In this document: positions 46,800-58,401 of the stretch, one piece after another
Layout: every line of letters begins with the position of its first letter
Position numbering within the stretch: the stretch's first letter is position 1
DNA from: Ostrea edulis
Lineage: Eukaryota
Direction of reading: 5' to 3'
Assembly (NCBI RefSeq): GCF_947568905.1
Contig: NC_079165.1
Span: 14,880,001 to 14,944,000 of the forward strand
Length of the DNA: 64,000 bases
The notes under the pieces: generated by a model
Told to the model about the DNA's origin: nothing
The model's input: only the letters and a program-made list of their open reading frames with translations
Databases searched by the model: none
Made by a program: the position numbers and the translations under genes

Positions 46800-47330
46800 A
46801 AGCGAAGATAAGGAATTTCATAAAGAACGCGAAATTAAGAGTAGAGCAAACACGGACCCCTGGACACACCAGAGGTGGTATCATGTGCCTAGGAGGGGTA
46901 AGCATTTCCAGTTAACCTGCCACACCCGTCGTAAGCTTTATATTTTTACCATGTAAACGGAGAATTCCGTAGTAAAAGTCAGTATGTAGAGAACTGCCAA
47001 ACAATTAGTATGAAGCACTTCAGATAGCTTTCGACCTTACGACAGGTATTTGCAAATAATTTTATCATAGCCATAGATTTTGCGAAATGCTGAATTCAAA
47101 CGAGAATGATGAAACCCCTGTAATATTAACTTATATAGCAGTAGCTTGAGTCGATTTGAACAGTGATCAGATGCAGAACATGCTCTCGCGTATCGAATCA
47201 GTTGAAGAAATAAACACAATATGCAGGTGATAACGGAATATCGTTACATGTATATATTGTGATATTGTTAAATAAATATGGAAAGATGATCATGGAGAAG
47301 CTGAAGTTTGTCATAAAGTTGAGTTGTGGG
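46800..47330 (-). mobile_element. Penelope-like element: RT C-terminus plus 3' terminal repeat
   Basis: QLIRYARACS...KLILQGF...RLNSAFRKIYG, followed by the CCACCTCTGG...GGGTCCGTGTTTGC tail found at five sites in the window. Confidence 0.7.
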
Positions 47331-48129
47331 TTTGGCGTTAAATTATATCCAAATATGAAGCAGATGTGGAAGACTCTTTTGCCTTTTATTTTGAGTTTAC
47401 ATAGATATAACGAATCAACATTATGAAAGAAAGCTAACATTGTCATAGGTAAAACGTCGTCGATATATCATAATGTTGAGTTGATGGCCACAGAAAGAAA
47501 TATTTTCTAATCATGTAGAAACCTTTGAATAAATTCTGTCTCATAAGAATAAAACACAGGGCAGCTAATAAAGGAGCACAGTTTTTGCCGATGGGAATTC
47601 CAATAGACTTTGGATTTGTTTCTATATAAAAGATCCTTTTGTAAAGCCAATATAATTGTTGATGTTTTTTGTCTTCAAAGTTTTTGTTGAAGTAAAGATG
47701 TCAACCTTGCGTAAAGTATAATCTCTCAGTGCCATATCACACCCCGTGACGTATAACAACTTGTCATAACGTCACTGGATCTACCGTTATTTTATTCACT
47801 GCAGTATCTGACAGAAGACTTCATTAAACGATAAAGTTTTATTGTAAGCGGGATATGTATTTTTTCCAGCAATGGTTGTAGCAACCATTGCTGGAAAAAT
47901 AATCATCAATATAAACTAGATAAAAGTATCGTTGACCATTACTTTAAACGGAACAGCCAATACACTTTTTGACACAATTGGTAATGATTACGGGGACAGA
48001 TGGTACTAAAAATCGGATCGAACTAATTTGCAACAAACATGTATTCAATGGCTATAATGAAAGTAATGTGAATTTGAAAAGAAATATAACAGAAAAGATT
48101 AAGTGAATGTAAATATTAGCTGGTAAACT

Positions 48130-48700
48130 CTTATGCCTGCTATCCCTCCTCGGGCATAGACCGCCGATAAGAGATCTCCAGGCGTCTCTATCCTGGGCCT
48201 TCTGTTCAATCTGTCTCCAGGTGTATCACATTTTCTTGGTGTTGGCATCGATGTCTCTGTGCCACGTGTTTTTCGGCCTGCCTTTGTGTCTTTATCCTTG
48301 GGGATTCCAGGTCAGTGCTTGTCTTGTGGTGTTTGACGCTGGCTTACGGAGTGTGTGGCCAATCCACCTCCAGTGTCATCCTAGAATATCTTCTTCTGCA
48401 GGGAGTTGGTTGGTTCTCTGCCACAGGTCTTTGTTGCTGATGGTTTTGGCCAGCGGATTTGGAGCAACCTTCTCAGACAAGAATTTATAGCCTGATCTTT
48501 GTCTGCAGAATCATCTCTTTGGAGTCCCAAATGTTCTTCAGTTGTAGGAATGCTGTTCTGTCTTTTCCTATTCTAGCTCACCATCAGTTCCGCCCAGTTT
48601 GTCGATGACATTTCCCAAGTATGTGAAAGACTCCAACTCTTCTAGTACCTCATCTTCCAGCTCGATTGGTTCGCTGCTGACGGTGTTGACCTTCTCAAGG
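48130..48700 (-). mobile_element. 3' fragment of an RTE-clade LINE
   Basis: Minus strand translates to [42 protein letters not shown], the typical RTE C-terminus, with stops. Confidence 0.85.
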
Positions 48701-49734
48701 TAAATTCTAAGGCAGTCTTGATCTGTTTCATTCCGAACTCAAGCCACTATGAACGTATGATATACCATACGCTGAGTTCGATGTATGCCGCGACGAACAA
48801 CAGGAAACCATTTTTCTAAACAATGAAGTGCACGAAGAGGCAAGGAATGTAGGAAGAAATGGATGGTTAAGATTCACAGGGCTAAATTTTCAGAGATATT
48901 CCTTTCCAACAACCATTCCTGATATGTACACTTTATCCTTGGAGCGCTTTATCCAAACGATGCTCCTTCTGAGTTTGTCCCGATTCAAGTATATCGTGAT
49001 GGGATTTGTTTATTCAGAAGTCTTTCGTTTTTGTGTTTGAACACGAGGAAAATTTAAGGTAAGTGGGTGGATTCGAATTGTTTTTGGACTTGTTTCAAAG
49101 CTGAAACATCGCACGAATGAAAACACCTTTGTGACCATGACATCAAACAAAAGTTCACTTCATTGTGTATTTCAGAGTTCCTTTTCAAAAGAATGTTAAT
49201 TACTGGCGATTTCATTGCTTCAGAAGGAAACAATAGTTTAGCATTTCGAGTGTGTTAGCGCTATGTAATGACAGCTTCACCTCTGACTATTTAACCCAGT
49301 TTCTCTTTAAGTACTAAAGTTCTAGTTTTACGATTTGCTGAGCTCTTATATAAAAAGCTATTAAATATAACTACGAACAATTTTTTTCTCACAGAACTTG
49401 CATTTTAAACAAAATTTTAGTTATTACTTTTATTCATTGTGTTCACTGATCTGTGACTTTTCTGCATTCAACTTTTACTGGTACAAATTGTCTTTCTTAT
49501 TGAGGAGTCGTTCCATGGATTTCCGTACACGCGTCTTTTATTTGTACAAATGTCTTGACTTTTATTGAGGACTCGTTCCATGAATTTTCGTACATGAGAC
49601 ATTTAATTGTACGATGTGTTTTGTAATACCAATTAACCTATCTCTGGCAGGTCAAACGCGAAGAGGCACAAAAGCTATCTGAACAGTGTGTGTTTTGCGG
49701 TTTAGATATGTTGAACAACAAGAACTTGGGGTCA

Positions 49735-50069
49735 ATATAATGATTGGTTTTATATAGCGCCTTTTCTAGCGTATGCTGCTCAAAGCGCTTTACAATACAT
49801 TATTACCCCGGCAGACCTTATGTCAATCTAAAACTTTCTCAGCTTCCCGGGAAGCATACATTGCGAGCTGCCGTTACAGGCGCTAGAGCACTAACATTCT
49901 AACAATATCTTTCACTGTCTGTAGCCAGGTACCCCTTTTACACTTGGGTGGAGTGAGGAAATTCATACAAAGTGCCTTTCCCAAGGACATAACTTCGGCC
50001 CTGCCGTGGCCAGGACTTGAACCCACGACCTTTCGGTCGAGAGTCTGACAGCCTAACCACTAGGCCACC
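49735..50069 (-). mobile_element. tRNA-derived SINE with CORE-like domain and L2/CR1-type tail
   Basis: A box GGTGGCCTAGTGG, B box GGTTCAAGTCC, CTTGGGAAAGGCACTTT...CTCCACCCAAGTGTAAA core, tail GTAAAGCGCTTTGAG...AAGGCGCTATATAAA. Confidence 0.8.
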
Positions 50070-50074
50070 TGGTT

Positions 50075-50200
50075 TGTATTTCATGTGACCACTCAGAGTA
50101 TCTGCTGTAACAGTTACTGACGAGTCATGTGATGCTAATCCTAACCATGTTTCAGTCAGCACCATGATATCGATGTTATACAATCATTGATGGACAATGA
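50075..50200 (-). mobile_element. LINE APE-endonuclease fragment
   Basis: NIDIMVLTETWL motif in ORF 49938-50183. Confidence 0.55.
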
Positions 50201-50519
50201 TTTATTTCTCCTGTATCTACAATTTAAAATGCACAATGAGACAGTTCCAGACATTTCCACTTTTGGAATATCAACTGTGTAAATTTTAAGCAGAATAGAA
50301 ACATTTTAACAAATTGAATTGTCTTTTTTTTTTTTTTTACCCGATGTTGAATTAATGCTGGAATTTTATTGAGGACTTGTTCCATGAATTTCCGTACATG
50401 AAATATTTAATCGTACGATATGTTTTGTAACACCAATTAACCTATCTCTGGCCGGTCGGACGAGAAGAGGCACAGAAGCTGGAACCCAGGATTCTTTGAA
50501 GAATGGACTAAATATCTAG

Positions 50520-51560
50520 ACAGCCTCATGGGACAGCATTGCAGACAGACTTCAACAATGTATTTCTAATATTGACAACTGGGTACAAAGTGAAAGGTGA
50601 AGATAACGAACAGTGATCAATCTCATAACTCCTATAAGTGATAAAAATAGAGAGTTGGGGAAACACTGTCCCCTGGATATACAAGAGGTGGGATCAGGTG
50701 CCTAGGAGTAATCATCCCCTGTCGACCGGTCACACCCGCCGTGAGCCCTATATCCTGATCAGGTAAACCGAGATATCTGTAGTCAAAATCAGTGTGCCAA
50801 GAACGACTTAACAATCGTTATGAAACACGTCAGACAGCATTTGACCCAATGATACATAATATGTAGGTTGTATTGTAAAATAATATACTCAAGCTAAACC
50901 AGTGAAAGACAGAACTTATTATCTTTACTGCAAAACGTAAAGCTAGTGAATTCTCAGAATATCGACTGGCTTTCCGTGAATCTGTCATCACTAGTACCGC
51001 AGGTGTAAAATTTTCAACAGCATTCTCAGCATGGAGTGCCCAACATGTGCAGTGAATAAATCATGTTATTTCCAACTTCGTGGTATCGGTAGAATTAGAT
51101 CTCTTATAACGAAGGGTGCGTGCAGGACACTTGTTAGATCATTGATTCATTGATTACTTTCTGTCGTGATTTTAGAAATGCTCTTCGTTATGGTGTTAAG
51201 TCAGCATCCTTGCAGAAGTTACAGAAAGTTCAAAACACTGCTGTAAGCTAGTGACACGTTAATTCTCACATCGCTTCACTGGTTACCTATGACATATCGA
51301 ACAATGTATACATTCAAGGCTCTACATGGATTAGTTCAAGTCCATCCTTCGTTCTGCAGACTTTCTAAATACAGAAAAGCCTGACAAAATCTCATTTAGC
51401 TCCAGCATACATCCAGGAACTGGGTCAAGTCTATCAACCACCACGGACACTTCGTTCTGTGAATTTGTTATACATTCTAAAGCCACGCGCTCGTAGTAAT
51501 CTGTATGGCGAAATACGGTTTGATGTTGCTTCATCAACTTTATGGAACTGCCTCCCGCTG
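50520..51560 (+). mobile_element. Degenerate L2/CR1-group LINE RT 3' region, interrupted by a Penelope-like fragment
   Basis: RLQQCISNIDNW (about 50545-50582) continues as KLNQ*KTELIIF (about 50892), then FQLRGIGRIRS, LQKLQKVQNTA, HWLP, APAYIQEL and LWNCLP. Confidence 0.75.
50590..50860 (-). mobile_element. Penelope-like 3' terminal fragment nested in the L2 copy
   Basis: GAAGAATAACGAACAGTGATCAATCTCATAACTCC...GGTCACACCCGCCGTGAGCCC...GTCAGACAGCATTTGACCCAATG. Confidence 0.72.
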
Positions 51561-52436
51561 GATCGGTTCATTAGCGGTATCTTTTTAGACTTGATCGGTT
51601 CATTAGCTGTATCTTTGTAGACTGGATCGGTTCATTAGCGGTATCTTTATAACCTTGATCGGTTCATTAGCGGTATCTTTTTAGACATGATCGGTTCATT
51701 AGCTGTATCTTTGTAGACTGGATCGGTTCATTAGCGGTATCTTTATAACCTTGATCGGTTCATTAGCGGTATCTTTGTAGACTGGATCGGTTCATTAGCG
51801 GTATCTTTATAACCTTGATCGGTTTATTAGCGGTATCTTTTTAGACTGGATCGGTTCATTAGCGGTATCTTTTTAGACTGGATCGGTTTATTAGCGGTAT
51901 CTTTGTAGACTGGATCGGTTCATTAGCGGTATCTTTATAACCTTGATCGGTTTATTAGCGGTATCTTTTTAGACTGGATCGGTTCATTAGCGGTATCTTT
52001 TTAGACTGGATCGGTTTATTAGCGGTATCTTTGTAGACTGGATCGGTTCATTAGCGTATCTTTTTAGACTGGATCGGTTCATTAGCTGTATCTTTGTAGA
52101 CTTGATCGGTTTATTAGCGGTATTTTTGTAGACTGGATCGGTTTATTAGCGGTATCTTTGTAGACATGATCGGTTCATTAGCGGTTCATTAGCGGTATCT
52201 TTTTAGACTGGATCGGTTCATTAGCTGTATCTTTTTTTTTTTTAGACTGGATCGGTTCATTAGCGGTATCTTTTTAGACTGGATCGGTTCATTAGCGGTA
52301 TCTTTTTAGACTGGATCGGTTCATTAGCGGTGTCTTTGTAGACTGGATCGGTTCATTAGCGGTATCTTTTTAGACTTGATCGGTTTATTAGCGGTATCTT
52401 TTTAGACTGGATCGGTTCATTAGCGGTATCTTTTTT
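51560..52436. repeat. 32-bp minisatellite (about 27 copies)
   Basis: CTGGATCGGTTCATTAGCGGTATCTTTTTAGA units, starting at the end of the L2 fragment. Confidence 0.96.
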
Positions 52437-52919
52437 TGTATTTAATCTGTTATTCGGTATTTATGGATACAGCTATTTACACCAACAACTTGTTACTATG
52501 TCAACTTCAATTGTGGAGTTATTTTATGCCCCTTTCTATGTATTTATTGGTCTTAGTTTTAGTGTGTGTTTATTGTTTTGATGAGATAAAGTGCTAAATA
52601 AATATAATGATAATAATAATAATGATAAATAAAAACAATCCAAAACTGTTATCATTCAAGCCTTTTACACATTTTTGTATCTGGTAATATTTTGCAGAAA
52701 CCAATCCTGTCCATTTTTTCTTAGATACACATTCCTGCTATAAACAGAAAACATCATAATCAGCTTATTGTTTCCTTTGATTTTGTTGATGCTGAGGACA
52801 ATCAAGGTACCATCCACATCACATGGACCCGCACAGATGTAACAAAAATAAATGTTTGGGCGTGTAGTCATTTTGTTACCTGTATTCAACAAGGACATGA
52901 GGAAGTTGGGGGTTCTGAC

Positions 52920-53238
52920 GCTCATTGGTCATCTGAACAAAACAATCACAAGATAGCCAATCTCCTTCGCCATTGGTCATCTGAACAAAACAATCACAAG
53001 ATAACCAATCTCCTTCGCCATTGGTCATCTGAACAAAACAATCACAAGGTAGCCAATCGCCTTCGCCATTGGTCATCTGAACAAAACAATCACAAGATAG
53101 CCAATCTCCTACGCAAAACAATCACAAGGTAGCCAATCTCCTTCGCCATTGGTAATCTGAACAAAACAATCACAAGATAGCCAATCTTCTTCGCCATTGG
53201 TCATCTGAAAATAGAAGCACAAGATAGCCAATCTCCTT
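52920..53238. repeat. 48-bp tandem repeat abutting the hAT remnant
   Basis: CATTGGTCATCTGAACAAAACAATCACAAGATAGCCAATCTCCTTCGC, about 6 units. Confidence 0.93.
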
Positions 53239-53515
53239 GGTTGCATTATGTAGAAAATAAAGATGCTGTGTTCTGTTTTCATTGCACAAAGAAAGAAACT
53301 GAGAAAAAGGCAAACACAAAATTTGCTGCACATGAGAAAAGTAATTTCCATAAAGAGGTAATGGAAAGGAAGTTACGATTACGGAGGGGGTTAAAAATAT
53401 TGGAGACTCTCTTCGTCAAAGATGCATCAGGTCTTGAAGTTTTGCGATAAATTGTTGCCTCCATCAAATCGTCTGAATTCTTTTTATTAACGATAGACGA
53501 CACACAAGCCATCTC
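53230..53515 (+). pseudogene. Internally deleted hAT transposase remnant (TTF zinc finger and DUF4371-like segment)
   Basis: PWLHYVENKDAVFCFHC, HEKSNFH and IVASIKSSEFFLLTIDDT motifs, with a stop and large deletions. Confidence 0.65.
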
Positions 53516-54289
53516 CTAAAAAGAGAAACCTGTTTTATGCATTTCATGGATAATATTTGACCGCTCATGAATATTTATTTAGAGACATCTTGTCTTGCTG
53601 ACATAGGGGAAAATTCAATAGCTATAGCAATTAGATACGCCCTCTTGTGATGTGATTTGTACATACACCATTACGGTCGCATTCTTAACCTAGCTTGCAG
53701 CGATTCTAAGCTCATTCGAGAGACTCTGGGTGTAGTGGCGCCGGAATTTATTCCGGATTTGGTTCGGTTATTAGATTGTTTACAGTTTGATCCGGCATAG
53801 GCCATGTTTGTTTTTATACGCAAAAGTTGAGTAAGTACAGTGTATATTTGTTGTCATATAGCATGTAATTAGTTATAACACATATGCATTTATAGTATTA
53901 GTTAAGCTCATGACTGTTTTCATGATTTGAAATGTGCGTTATTATTTTTGTTCGAGTATGGTGTGCCATGAATGTCATTTCTTTTGTTGTTTTGATATTC
54001 AGCGTTAGCGTGTTGATTGAATACTGTCTTGTGATATTGTAATATGTAATTAATATTGTTCTTACATGTATGTTTCAGTTTCCACCCTCGGTGAGAGAGG
54101 TTTGTGAGCACTGAGCTGACCAATAAACATTTTCTCAAATTTTGTTGTGGCATACGCTTACACTGGGTATTGTGAAAGATAATTATAAAAAGTTGATTAC
54201 AGAATATATATGAGAAACCATGTATTGAAAAATGACAAAAATCTAAAGAAAACAAACATCAGCAGGAAAATTTAATTAATTGAATATTG

Positions 54290-54501
54290 TTTAATAATAT
54301 TTCACTCATATGGAGACGCCACTATTGCCGGTAAAGGGCTGCAAAATTTAGGTCTATGCTCGGCGCTCATAGCATTTGAACAGGGAGGGATCTTTATCGT
54401 ACCACATTTGCTGTGACAGGGGACCTCGGTTATTTACTCGCCTTATTTACCCATTTACTCGCCTTTTAGGACTTATTCTAACCCGGATCCCCACGGGACT
54501 C
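54290..54501 (-). mobile_element. Second copy of the GAGTCCCGTGGGGATCC-headed SINE-like element
   Basis: Same tail and same 5' boundary as 62108-62382, with internal rearrangement. Confidence 0.7.
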
Positions 54502-54733
54502 GGCAGGAAAAGGGTATTGTGTACCACAATATGGTAAATAAAAGCCGATGCATTTTTTAGCATTTTCCTGTGGGGTCCGAACAGAGCTACACTGTACTAC
54601 AACGGCAGTTAGGTTATTCCAAAAAAAAAAACAAAAAAAAAAAAACAAAAAAAAACTCAATATGTTAAAAAAAGAAAAGAAATTGAAATTTATTTTCCCT
54701 AATTTTGTCAAGCATTCTTTGAAAAATAAAATA

Positions 54734-54889
54734 ACAAATGTAACCCTTTCACTCGGTCGATCCATAGATATATCCAATTCACCGAAAAGCATATCGACCG
54801 AGCACGAAGTGCACTTCGTGCTCGGTCGATATGCTTAAATGTGAAGTCGATATATCTATGGATCGACCGAATGAAAGGGCTATATTTGT
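54734..54889. mobile_element. 156-bp foldback micro-MITE
   Basis: Ends ACAAATGTAACCCTTTCACTCGGTCGATCCATAGATATAT and its near-complement; central perfect 50-bp palindrome; ATA on both flanks. Confidence 0.75.
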
Positions 54890-54909
54890 ATAATGTCTAA
54901 AGAATAATA

Positions 54910-55150
54910 TTGTAAGTCGTAAGTCTACAGAATGATATCGTGAGTCGTAAGTCTACAGGATGATATTGTGAGTCGTAAATCTACAGAATGATATCGTGAG
55001 TCGTAAGTCTACAGAATGATATCGTGAGTCGTAAGTCTACAGGATGATATTGTGAGTCGTAAGTCTACAGAATGATATTGTGAGTCGTAAGTCTACAGGA
55101 TGATATTGCGAGTCGTAAGTCTACAGTATGATATTGTACAGGTCTACAGA
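54910..55150. repeat. 28-bp minisatellite (about 8 copies)
   Basis: GTCGTAAGTCTACAGAATGATATCGTGA units. Confidence 0.93.
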
Positions 55151-56149
55151 ATTATGTTTGAAGTCCACAGTATGATATTTGAAGTTGATATTCTAAGACT
55201 TTGATTCTTCAATATAACATTGTCCATCTATGATATTAACCCTTTAAAATGATACTGTAAGTCAAATGTTTTACATATACATAATACAAATAGATTAAAA
55301 GACTCTTCATCTATCTATGAAATGGCAATTAAATTAACATATTGAATTACTGTATTCCTATGTTTACCTCATATGAATCAAAGATTCAATTGGTTTAATT
55401 CAGCTGCACTCTGTGATTCGGATTTCATTGACGTATACGTGGCTGAGAGAAGAGTACAATTACCGTGAATTTAGTAGTGCAATAACTGCTAAATGACAGA
55501 GCTTGATCTGCAACAGATTGTGAAAGTACACAAGAGAAGTTCCTTCAACTCATTTGATGTGACAGTTGTTTGGCTAAGAATTTGTTTTTCCAATAGATCG
55601 AGAGAGACAAAATCCTATAAACAGACAGCGTCACAGAAACCGGTAGAGTAGATTTACATTATTAAGAGCACAAGCAGCATCTGATAAAATATGATGTAGA
55701 AAATTTTGATTTCTTTAATGCTATACAATGAATTATCTTTATAGGAAAAGTTAATTTTCATGCACTGTACAAACATTATATTTAGATGTGAAATTTTTTA
55801 GACGCAGTCGTCTATATTATCATCAACCCCCTCCTTGCTTCCTTATGTCGGTCTGCTACAACTTATTTTTCTGGACTTTCTAAAACCATGTTTTTGATTT
55901 AGGAATCTCCAGTTTGATATGCGATTTGCTCACTCATGTTGAACTTTTCAAATTAAGTTCAAGTTTTAATCACAGTTGACTGATTCTCTAAATGAGATTT
56001 TCCAGACTTTTCTCCACTATACTTGCACTTAGGCAAGTGAAATGTGTCGATATGAGGTAATCTAAAAGTAGATAGAGTTTCAATTTCGTCTCGGTTGTCT
56101 TATTCTTATACAAATTGTAAAACGAAGTTTCAAGGTTGTTTTTTTTTTT

Positions 56150-56560
56150 TTTTGTGGCCGCGTTGCACAAAATGCATCCGGCTTATAAAATGGTGAATGA
56201 CGGGCGAGTCGAATGGCAGGCGTCCCCGTAATAGGGTACCTATATTGTGTAATCAACTCCTCTCACACCTCTTATATGACTTTCTTCAAACTTTGTACAG
56301 TTGTTATGGACACATTGAAGACGTACATGTGTCCTTTTGAAAGTGATAAGACATTTCTTGAAAAATTACATGTAGTTGAACTTTGTCATTTTTTAAGCAT
56401 GTCTTGAATAGACGGTGCCTATTTTTGCAATCAACTCCTCTTACAGCATTTATTTGACATCCTTCAGACTTTGTACGGCTTCGGAAAATTTACAAGAAGT
56501 TGAACTTTGTCATTTTTTATGCACGGAACCTACTTTGTGTAACCAACTCCTCTATAACGT
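56150..56560 (+). mobile_element. Truncated HINE-like element
   Basis: T-run followed by GTGGCCGCGTTGCACAAAATGCATCCGGC hairpin; repeated AATCAACTCCTCT / GTTGAACTTTGTCATTTTT units. Confidence 0.5.
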
Positions 56561-56841
56561 ATTTTAAAGCAACCCGGCCATTTCTGTTCTTGAATCAATT
56601 TTTTTTCTCTTTGTCTCGTTAGTTCCTTGTAGAGTCCCCGCTAAAAATGCGAAAACCCGTAGTATCTAGGAATCGTATCGCCCGCCTCTCCGTCATCACT
56701 TTCATTGTGACACGATATCTTGAATAGTTTTCATATTCTAACAGTCGTAAAATGTCTGAAATATTGCCAAAACGGCGTACAACCGTATCAGTTAAAATCA
56801 GTTAATAAAACAATCATATTCTGCTGAAAGGTAATTGTTAA

Positions 56842-58401
56842 AGGACACATCTCGTGTTTTCAAAGTATACAGAATTATATGCATTTTGTCTTCCTTATGC
56901 TTATAGAAATTAATTGTAATAGTTCGTTTGCTGAAGTATTGCGATAATTAGCCACAATACGGACTTAAATCTAAGCCCCGATTTCAAAAAGACTAGTTAA
57001 TTAGATAGGTAGTCACGTGGTACAGTGACGTCATATGCGACCTTCGTCCATCAACTTGTTGTAAAAGTAGTGTTAAATATTTTTAAAAACTCGGGTTTTA
57101 GGGGCCTAATTTATTTACCATGGATAACATTTATTTCGATGTTGACAAATTTCCCGAGTCTTATATCTTTTAGCCACCAGTGCATACAAATAGCGACCCA
57201 AATGTAGCGAGAAAAGCGAGTATGAAATCTGCATAAATTTGCGAGTAAATAATGTTTACATCGGATCACTGTCTAAACACAATTTGGTAATGCCATTTCT
57301 GTAAACAACTGTAATTAGCGGTGTTGCTTTTCTAAAATAAACAGTGCAACTATTATTAAATTTATTTTTGGAGAAGTTAGATAGGCCTAAATTATGATAC
57401 GATTGTGTATCATTGACAACTAGGCCTACTGTCACGGGTGCATTTCGAAAAAGAAATAATAATAATAATAATCAAACTTATTGTGAAAATCACAATACTT
57501 TTAAATTATTTTATTAAAGCAATTTTATTAGGCCTAATCATTATTTTTGGTTATCAACACGTTGTTACTTAAGAAGTGGGAGCGCGGCGTGCTGTTGTTG
57601 TAAACACATGTAATACGCGTTCCTTAAAAAAAATGTAAGCATTATAATTCAATTCAAAGTCGGGAAATATTATATTTTATTATTTATAATTGAAAGTTCA
57701 ATTATCTTTTATCTTTAAATTTCTTTTTTAAAACTACCAGTTGGTAGACACTGCTAGCAAAGTTCTGCCTTTATGTTGTTACAAGGTGAAGGTCAGATGG
57801 TGCGAGTGTGTATTGAATTCGAGAGCAGAACGGAAAGCATATGCCGTAGGCCTATATGTAACAGTGCGTAGCTTCGATAGAACCATTTTCTCGCAGTTTA
57901 TCTACGTATTTGTCCAAGTGCTTGTTTGAAAACGTACAGGGACAAATTCTACTGGGTTTTTTTTTATGGCAAAGTCGTTGTGCCGACAAAAAATATTCAC
58001 GTCTTGTCCCTCATACCTTCCTTCGAAAATTGAAAAAAACACAGTCCAAATCTTCTCTACTGACAGCAAGTACACCCTTAAACGGCACAAAACACCCTAA
58101 TGCAGTGTTATTTACAAACTGTTAATGTGATAATTGTTTGTTTGTCAATTAAATCTAATCTGTTTATGAAATGACTATCAACTGTTTTCAAATCTCGCTC
58201 GAGGTCGCATATGACGTCACAGATAATGGCGCGTAAAATATCGAAGAAAATATGCATATCGCAAGATTTGAATTTCATCGCTTTCAAACTCGAAAACTAC
58301 GCAAACTGTTTCATTTAAAACACATGTAAAGTAGTTTTAGGCATAAAATGAATTAATTTTGCTGAAAAAATTAAAAAGTTTAAAAACATGCGATGTGTCC
58401 T
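56842..58401. mobile_element. Kolobok-like non-autonomous DNA transposon
   Basis: TTAA on both flanks; TIR AGGACACATC / GATGTGTCCT; internal inverted pair GTGACGTCATATGCGACC (about 57025) and GGTCGCATATGACGTCAC (about 58203). Confidence 0.8.

Noticed and set aside
47020-47060. GGTC-GAAA-GCTA resembling a hammerhead half (also GTTG/CAAC-GAAG at about 30570-30595)
   Set aside because: The first has no CUGANGA strand and lies at the end of the PLE coding sequence; the second lacks GAAA and a proper stem II closure.
55605-55650. CCTATAAA TATA-like box followed by a possible donor
   Set aside because: No downstream exons or supporting context in the window.
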